Assembly: GCA_951812955.1 (NCBI GenBank)
Contig: OX638340.1
Span: 2,944,001 to 3,008,000, forward strand
Source of the DNA: an uncultured Gemmatimonadota bacterium
GTDB taxonomy: Bacteria; JAAXHH01
Length of the DNA stretch: 64,000 nt
Reading direction: 5' to 3'
Positions 58,615-64,000 of this stretch are shown piece after piece. Position 1 is the stretch's first letter. Each line of letters begins with the position of its first letter. The position numbers and the translations under genes were made by a program. Below the pieces are notes generated by a model that did not search any database, had not been told where the DNA came from, and saw only the letters and a program-made list of their open reading frames with translations.

Positions 58615-58893
58615 ATGGTACGCAGCTTCCGACATCGTGGACTCAGACGCCTCTACAAGCGCGGCGATGCCAGCCTCATTCGTACCGACCTGCGCGAAAG
58701 AGTCGAAGTGATGCTGGCACAACTCGAAGTGGCAGGTACCGTGAACGCTATGCGCCTGCCTCGATACCGGTTACACGCTCTCAAAGGAGATCTTAAAGGC
58801 TACTGGTCGGTCACCGTGAAGGCCAACTGGCGCATCACCTTCCGCTTCGAGCACGGGGATGTCTACGACGTAGATTTGACTGATTACCACTGA
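58615..58893 (+). CDS. higB: HigB-like toxin (RelE/ParE superfamily mRNA interferase)
   Basis: 92 aa; RLYKRGD...LHALKGDLKGYWSV motif of HigB/'plasmid maintenance system killer'. Confidence 0.8.
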   Translation: MVRSFRHRGLRRLYKRGDASLIRTDLRERVEVMLAQLEVAGTVNAMRLPRYRLHALKGDLKGYWSVTVKANWRITFRFEHGDVYDVDLTDYH

Positions 58894-58910
58894 AGAAAGT
58901 AGGACTGAAA

Positions 58911-59204
58911 ATGCCCATGAAGAACCCGCCACATCCCGGTAAGGTGGTACGCGTGTCGTGCCTGGAACCGCTCAACCTCAGCGTGACCGATGGCGCGAAG
59001 GTGTTGGGCGTCAGCCGTCAGGCGCTATCGAATCTGGTGAATTGCCATTCGCGGATTTCCGGCGACATGGCGGTCCGGCTGGCAAAGGCCTTCGGCTCGA
59101 CCACGGAGACCTGGATACGTCTTCAGGCGGCTTACGACATCGCCCAGGCACAGGACCGAGAGGATCAGATCGAGGTTGAGCGTTACGTTCCACATGCGGT
59201 CTGA
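58911..59204 (+). CDS. higA: HigA antitoxin (XRE-family HTH)
   Basis: HTH block VTDGAKVLGVSRQALSNLVN. Lies immediately downstream of higB (toxin-first Hig order). Confidence 0.8.
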   Translation: MPMKNPPHPGKVVRVSCLEPLNLSVTDGAKVLGVSRQALSNLVNCHSRISGDMAVRLAKAFGSTTETWIRLQAAYDIAQAQDREDQIEVERYVPHAV

Positions 59205-59210
59205 TCAACT

Positions 59211-59879
59211 ATGACCGATCTCCCCGTTATAGAACGCACCTCCAACAGTTTGCCCGAGGTTTACGCGTCCATCATCTGGCTCCATGGTCTGGGGGCGGAC
59301 GGCGGCGATTTTGCGCCGATTGTTTCGCAACTGGGGCTGCCGGCGTCCTACGCGGTCCGTTTCGTGTTTCCGTCCGCGCCATCCATTGCAGTGACGATCA
59401 ACCAGGGGATGGTCATGCCCGCATGGTACGATATCCTGGAACTGGGCGGCGCCCGGTGTCACGACGAAACCGGGTTACGCGCTTCCGCGGGCAAGGTGCA
59501 GGCATTGATGCGACGGGAGATCGATCGGGGCGTACCGAGTGAACGAATCCTGCTGGCGGGCTTTTCCCAGGGCGGCGCGGTCTGTCTCGAAGCCGGGTTG
59601 TCGTTCCAACGCCGACTCGGCGGCATCATGGCCCTGTCTACCTATTTTCCGACGGCCGACAGCGTCATCGTGCATCCGGCTCAGAACAGGCTTCCCGTAC
59701 TGGTGTGCCATGGTTCGATGGACCCGATGCTGGACGTATCCCTGGGGCGCAACGCCGCAGAAGCCCTCAGTCGATTGGGCCTGGTTCCGGAATACAAGGT
59801 ATATCCCATGGCACACGAGGTGTCTCCACAGGAAATCATCCGGATCGGCCAGTGGATCCGTGCCATACTGGGGAACTGA
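59211..59879 (+). CDS. Alpha/beta-hydrolase carboxylesterase/phospholipase (esterase YpfH-like)
   Basis: IWLHGLGADGGD ... GFSQGG nucleophile elbow ... a C-terminal His. Confidence 0.8.
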   Translation: MTDLPVIERTSNSLPEVYASIIWLHGLGADGGDFAPIVSQLGLPASYAVRFVFPSAPSIAVTINQGMVMPAWYDILELGGARCHDETGLRASAGKVQALMRREIDRGVPSERILLAGFSQGGAVCLEAGLSFQRRLGGIMALSTYFPTADSVIVHPAQNRLPVLVCHGSMDPMLDVSLGRNAAEALSRLGLVPEYKVYPMAHEVSPQEIIRIGQWIRAILGN

Positions 59880-59890
59880 GTGGTGGTTTA

Positions 59891-60688
59891 CTAAGGCGGC
59901 GCATTGGAAGTTTTTGGATTCAATTCGCCGGTTCGAACGCTCATCAGATTCGCCGCGTTATCCTCCAGAAGAGCCTTGGCTGCGTCGTCCGAAAGATCGT
60001 TGACCACCCGCGCCACGGCCGCAGACGGCATGAAAACCGGGGCGTGGGAACCGAATAGCAACTTGCCCCCGAGTCCCGCGTCCACAAGCATCTTCACACT
60101 GTCCACTCCGTCCACCTGGGATGTATCCGCGTAAAAACCGGGTAGTTCGCGTAGCTCCTCCTTGAAGTCCCTCAGGACGGTCACGCTCGCCCCTCCGATA
60201 ACAAGCTTCAGTTCGGGGTGGCGCTTCGCCCCTTCCACCACGTCTCGTGCCGGTACGTCGGGAACCATGGCCAATGGGTGATGGCGTCTCGGGTCATCGA
60301 TCCGAACCTGGACCATCACGACCAGGCACGCTCGTCGCGCTTCTTCGAGCAAATCATCCGTCGCGGCTAAGCCATACCCGCCGTAACCAGGCAGCAGCTT
60401 GATCATACGGACGGCATGATGTACGGCAGCCTTTTCCAACTCCTCCGGCCAGGTGGGCAGCGTCGGGTCGATGACCGGCACGGGCCTGACGTCATCAAAC
60501 TTTTTTACCGCTTCGTAAACCTCCGAGTTAGATAGATGTGGATTGGCACTCCACGCGGCTGCCAGCGGGGCCATGAATATGCGTTCGACCCCCAGATTCC
60601 GTAGCGATGCACGTACCGACGCCACATCGTGCGGTACGTTGACCAGCGCCGGCCATGGCCCAGCCCAGGCGTTGACGTCGATGATCAT
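59891..60688 (-). CDS. Amidohydrolase-2 (PF04909) family metal-dependent hydrolase
   Basis: TIM-barrel amidohydrolase-2 blocks. The start was chosen at the internal ATG that forms an ATGA overlap with the upstream gene. Confidence 0.65.
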   Translation of the reverse strand: MIIDVNAWAGPWPALVNVPHDVASVRASLRNLGVERIFMAPLAAAWSANPHLSNSEVYEAVKKFDDVRPVPVIDPTLPTWPEELEKAAVHHAVRMIKLLPGYGGYGLAATDDLLEEARRACLVVMVQVRIDDPRRHHPLAMVPDVPARDVVEGAKRHPELKLVIGGASVTVLRDFKEELRELPGFYADTSQVDGVDSVKMLVDAGLGGKLLFGSHAPVFMPSAAVARVVNDLSDDAAKALLEDNAANLMSVRTGELNPKTSNAPP

Positions 60689-61563
60689 GAATCGCTCCCG
60701 GGTTCCTGCCCCTCTATCTCTCTGTCGCCGGGCCTGGTCCCTGGTCTCCCGTCCAACTTCAAGACCCGCAACGCATTGTCCCACAGGATCGCCCGTTTTG
60801 CCGTATCCGGTATATCCGCCCCAAGGACCTTGTTCATCGTGACGCCGAAGTGCCGGATAGGCGCGTCCGAACCATAGACGACCCGGTCTGCGCCCAGGCG
60901 CTGGACGGCCATTTCGACCATGCCGCTTTCCGGATCGCCGCCCGAGGTATCCACGACCACGTTGGGTACGTCGACCACCGCCTCGATGCCCCGGTAGCCC
61001 ACGCCGTTGAGATGGGCCATGATAATCCTTGCCCGGGGGTGGCGGAGGGCAAGGTCGGCCACGTCGAAGGGCGTCGATTCACCGGGCAGGTTGCCCGTGG
61101 TTTTCAGCCAGGCGTGTTGCAGCACCGGTACGTCCAGCGCGATGGCCGACTCCATGATCGGATCGAGGCCGGGATCGGTTACACGACGCGCCACCCATAG
61201 TTTCACGCCGGCCATGTCCTGGCCGCCGACGCATCGCTCGATTTCGGCGACGGCTTCGTCGGGGAAAGCCGGGGTAACGTAGCAGAACGGCAGGATCGCA
61301 TCCGGCTCGGCGTCTCGCATCCGAAGCACGTAGTCGTTCGCCAACCGGCACTGTTCGGACGTGGGCTTATACGGGGTGGTCTCGTACAACGAAAACACGC
61401 ACATCCGGGTAACTCCGGAGCGCCTTGCCGTGGCAATCAGTTGCTCGGCGTCCGAGGTTGCAGAGGATACCCCGTAGGAGCCGAAACAGTTCAGGGGGTG
61501 TACATGGATATCCAGCGCTGGTCCGTCCGGCAGAAGCCTTTTGCGCATGGAAGCAAGGGTCAT
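60685..61563 (-). CDS. Amidohydrolase-2 family metal-dependent hydrolase
   Basis: LDIHVHPL N-terminal H-x-H and conserved Asp/His positions. Confidence 0.7.
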   Translation of the reverse strand: MTLASMRKRLLPDGPALDIHVHPLNCFGSYGVSSATSDAEQLIATARRSGVTRMCVFSLYETTPYKPTSEQCRLANDYVLRMRDAEPDAILPFCYVTPAFPDEAVAEIERCVGGQDMAGVKLWVARRVTDPGLDPIMESAIALDVPVLQHAWLKTTGNLPGESTPFDVADLALRHPRARIIMAHLNGVGYRGIEAVVDVPNVVVDTSGGDPESGMVEMAVQRLGADRVVYGSDAPIRHFGVTMNKVLGADIPDTAKRAILWDNALRVLKLDGRPGTRPGDREIEGQEPGSDS

Positions 61564-61663
61564 GGCTTTGGAGCAGCTAGTTACATTGCGTGACGGGGCC
61601 GTGTTGCTGCTGCGGAACTACAGAAATCAGAAGGAGACCGTCACAGCCGACGGCAGGAAACCG

Positions 61664-62545
61664 TTACAGCCGGTAGAATGCGATGGCGTTGTCCCGGAAG
61701 AGCATCCTGCGTTCCGCGTCCGAGAGTCCGCTGGTCGCCCAGGACAGGGTCTCTACCCACCGGGGATAGTCGGTAGCCTGGAAGGCGACGGGCCAGTCCC
61801 CGCCGTACATGACGCGGTCGATGCCGAAACATTCGATCACGTGATCGATGTAGGGTTTCAGGTCTTCGGACGTCCACCGTTCCATGTCAGCTTCGGTGAC
61901 CAGTCCCGACACTTTGCAGCAGACATTGGGCATTTCCGCCAGGGTCTTCATCTCGTCCTTCCACGGGTCGAACACCTGGTTCCTGATATCGGGCTTGCCG
62001 ATATGGTCCAGGATGAAGGAGACTTCGGGGCACTGCCGGACAAATTCGATCGCATTCGCCAACTGTGGATGGAAGATGCAGATATCGAAGGATAGCCCGT
62101 GGGACGGAAGCAGGCGGACGCCTTCGATAAAATCGGGCTGGAGGCAGAATTCAACGGATTCGGGTTGCAGCAGTCGCCGTATGCCCTTGACCAGCGGAAT
62201 TCGGGCCAGGGTTTCGAGATCTTCATCGACCGGCGCACCCCGCTCAAGCTGTGCGTTGGCCACGATCCCGCGAATCCGGCCGTCCTCTCGGGCCAATCCG
62301 GAAACCCACTCCGCTTCCTGAACGTGTTGACCGGCGTCGCATTCGCATTGCACGAAGACCATCTGCTCCACGTGGACTTCCCCGCAGGCCTTCCGGTATT
62401 CATCCAGCAGGTACCGCTGGTTCAGCAGGGGGATATCGTCCAGCCAGCTGTACCGCAGGTGACTCGGGTCCCAGAGATGTACGTGGGTGTCGACGATGGG
62501 GTAGTCCAACATGGTAAAGTCCTCTGTTGCGGCCTGTTCAGGCAT
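61664..62545 (-). CDS. Amidohydrolase-2 family hydrolase (lactonase/decarboxylase-like)
   Basis: IVDTHVHLWDP H-x-H motif ... GGDWP; similar to the LigI/fuconolactonase group. Confidence 0.75.
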   Translation of the reverse strand: MPEQAATEDFTMLDYPIVDTHVHLWDPSHLRYSWLDDIPLLNQRYLLDEYRKACGEVHVEQMVFVQCECDAGQHVQEAEWVSGLAREDGRIRGIVANAQLERGAPVDEDLETLARIPLVKGIRRLLQPESVEFCLQPDFIEGVRLLPSHGLSFDICIFHPQLANAIEFVRQCPEVSFILDHIGKPDIRNQVFDPWKDEMKTLAEMPNVCCKVSGLVTEADMERWTSEDLKPYIDHVIECFGIDRVMYGGDWPVAFQATDYPRWVETLSWATSGLSDAERRMLFRDNAIAFYRL

Positions 62546-62766
62546 TTAGAAGGCTAGTATATTCGCGAGGTCATTCTACGATGGGGATCGTTTTCCGTCA
62601 ATGGTATTCACACCTTTTGTGCTTGAACATTCCCGCCGCCGCGTGTACTATGCTGGATCGTTCTCCACGTTTATTTATGAATCGATTCCATTAAAACGTC
62701 GCAGGCTGGATCACGGGCCTGAGCGTTGCATACTGATCTGGATCATCACCTTACGGACTTCCATCG

Positions 62767-64000
62767 ATGTCATCCGAAACCACCAACGAAGCCACCCGTC
62801 CACTCGGCAAGCTGTCGCCCCTGAAGATGGCCGCCGTGCCCACCTTCGCGGGCATGCTGAAATACATCGGTCCGGGCATCGTCTGGGCCGGGCTGGCGCA
62901 GGGCAGCGGCGAGCTCATCTGGTGGCCCTACCTGACCGCCAAGTACGGCGCGGCCTTCATCGGCCTCCTCATCCCGGCCGCCCTGATGCAATACTGGGTG
63001 AACGTGGAGATCGCCCGGTATACGATGATGACCGGGGAGACGGCCCTGACGGGTTTCAGCCGCATCGGCAAATGGTACGTTTCTTTGATCTGGGTGGGCG
63101 TTTTTCTGGAGAACATCTGGTTCGGCGCCTACGCGTCGGCGGGCGGGGGCGCGCTGGCGGAGTTGACCGGCTTCCCGGACGGATGGACGGTCCGCGGCCA
63201 GTCGCTCTTCTGGGCCTATCTGACCATCGGGATCTACCTGGTGGCCCTGTTCATGGGCCGCGTGGTCTACCTGATCGTGGAACGGCTCACCATGGCCGTG
63301 GTCGTCATCACGATCGTGGGAATCGTCTTCGCCGTATTCCAGCAACCCGTGCTGGCAGTGGCGGGCGAGTTCTTCGGCGTCCTGCTCACGCCCGGCTACC
63401 ACAGGCCCGCCAACTGGGATCCAGCGGACCTGTCCACGGTGCTCACCGCCATCGTATTCGCCGGGGCCGGCGGCTTCGGACAGCTCTTCCTCTCCTACTG
63501 GATGCGGGACAAGGGCGTGGGGATGTCGTCCTATATCGGACGTATAACGAGCCCCCTGCGCACGGCGCCGGAGGCTATTTCAGCTACGGGATACGCTTTC
63601 GAGGATACAGCGTCCAACCGGACGAACTACCGGAAATTCATGCGGTACCTGCACCTGGAATCCGGACTCGGCGTCACATTGAATCTGGTCACGACCGTCA
63701 TCATGTGCTGGCTGGCCTGGGCCCTGCTGAAGCCGCAGGGCATCGTTCCCCAGGGCTGGGAAATCGCCGTGGTACAGTCCGCATTCTTCGAGGTCAGTTG
63801 GGGCGCTATCGGCAAGATTATCTTCCTTGTCATCGCCGCGGCTTTCCTCTGCGATGCCTGGCTGCAGTCCACCGACGGCTTCGCCCGCATGCAGGCCGAC
63901 TTCATCTACGCCAACGTGAAGCGGGCGCGCCGGTTTCATTTCCGTACGCTGTATTATGGTTTTGTCGTGGTTTTCACCATACTGACGACGATTACGCTGC
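62767..64000 (+). CDS. NRAMP family divalent metal (Mn2+/Fe2+) transporter, 3' partial (continues beyond window end)
   Basis: ATG at 62767; frame is open to the window end. GPGIVWAGLAQGSGELIWWPYL N-terminal Nramp motif. Absent from the ORF track because no stop is in the window. Confidence 0.8.
   Translation, partial: MSSETTNEATRPLGKLSPLKMAAVPTFAGMLKYIGPGIVWAGLAQGSGELIWWPYLTAKYGAAFIGLLIPAALMQYWVNVEIARYTMMTGETALTGFSRIGKWYVSLIWVGVFLENIWFGAYASAGGGALAELTGFPDGWTVRGQSLFWAYLTIGIYLVALFMGRVVYLIVERLTMAVVVITIVGIVFAVFQQPVLAVAGEFFGVLLTPGYHRPANWDPADLSTVLTAIVFAGAGGFGQLFLSYWMRDKGVGMSSYIGRITSPLRTAPEAISATGYAFEDTASNRTNYRKFMRYLHLESGLGVTLNLVTTVIMCWLAWALLKPQGIVPQGWEIAVVQSAFFEVSWGAIGKIIFLVIAAAFLCDAWLQSTDGFARMQADFIYANVKRARRFHFRTLYYGFVVVFTILTTITL

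Noticed and set aside
1-64000. tRNA, rRNA, CRISPR arrays, transposases/integrases
   Set aside because: I scanned the non-coding stretches (3241-3396, 4799-5012, 6261-6594, 15688-15987, 16912-17170, 18665-18864, 29643-30180, 53402-53975, 58374-58614). There is no cloverleaf-like or rRNA-like sequence, no regularly spaced direct repeats, and no transposase or integrase ORF anywhere in the window.

Overview
High-GC (~62%) bacterial chromosomal segment, probably from an FCB-superphylum-like organism. The basis for that is a 2100-aa SprA-like T9SS/gliding outer-membrane protein plus many sulfatase, AOR and Cache-type genes. I called about 50 protein-coding genes by reading the six-frame track against the DNA. 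No rRNA, tRNA, CRISPR, IS or transposase genes were found. The backbone is housekeeping: ahcY, dtd, maf, obg, dprA, icd, mdh, an aspartate aminotransferase, coaD-rsmD, comEA and kptA. Accessory content includes redox enzymes (2 Gfo/Idh/MocA, 2 SDR, AOR, 2 PhyH-family dioxygenases, Zn-ADH), a sulfatase, sugar-phosphate isomerases, transporters (MATE, APC, SulP-STAS-cNMP, NRAMP), a HigB/HigA pair and three tandem amidohydrolase-2 paralogs. Observations most worth a second look: (1) an AhpD-like peroxidase-related gene split by an in-frame TGA exactly at the second Cys of the C-x-x-C redox motif, followed by a strong hairpin at SECIS spacing, so it is probably a selenoprotein; (2) a 1206-aa fusion of fatty-acyl-CoA reductase, a P-loop-degenerate ANL adenylating domain and a HAD-IB phosphatase, translationally coupled to a Zn-ADH; (3) a sulfur-trafficking cluster (MoaD with a C-terminal extension, MoaE, a NifS/IscS homolog lacking the PLP Schiff-base lysine, TusA-like, ApbC/Mrp, THUMP-less ThiI-like); (4) a secreted giant protein built from ~1266-bp tandem intragenic repeats encoding sCache_2-sCache_2-Calx-beta units; (5) several repeat and regulatory oddities: (QPG)n 9-bp microsatellites in two housekeeping genes, a duplicated gene 3' end, perfect palindromes, and a frameshifted PLP decarboxylase. 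Coordinates that I derived by hand rather than from the ORF track may be off by 1-2 nt.
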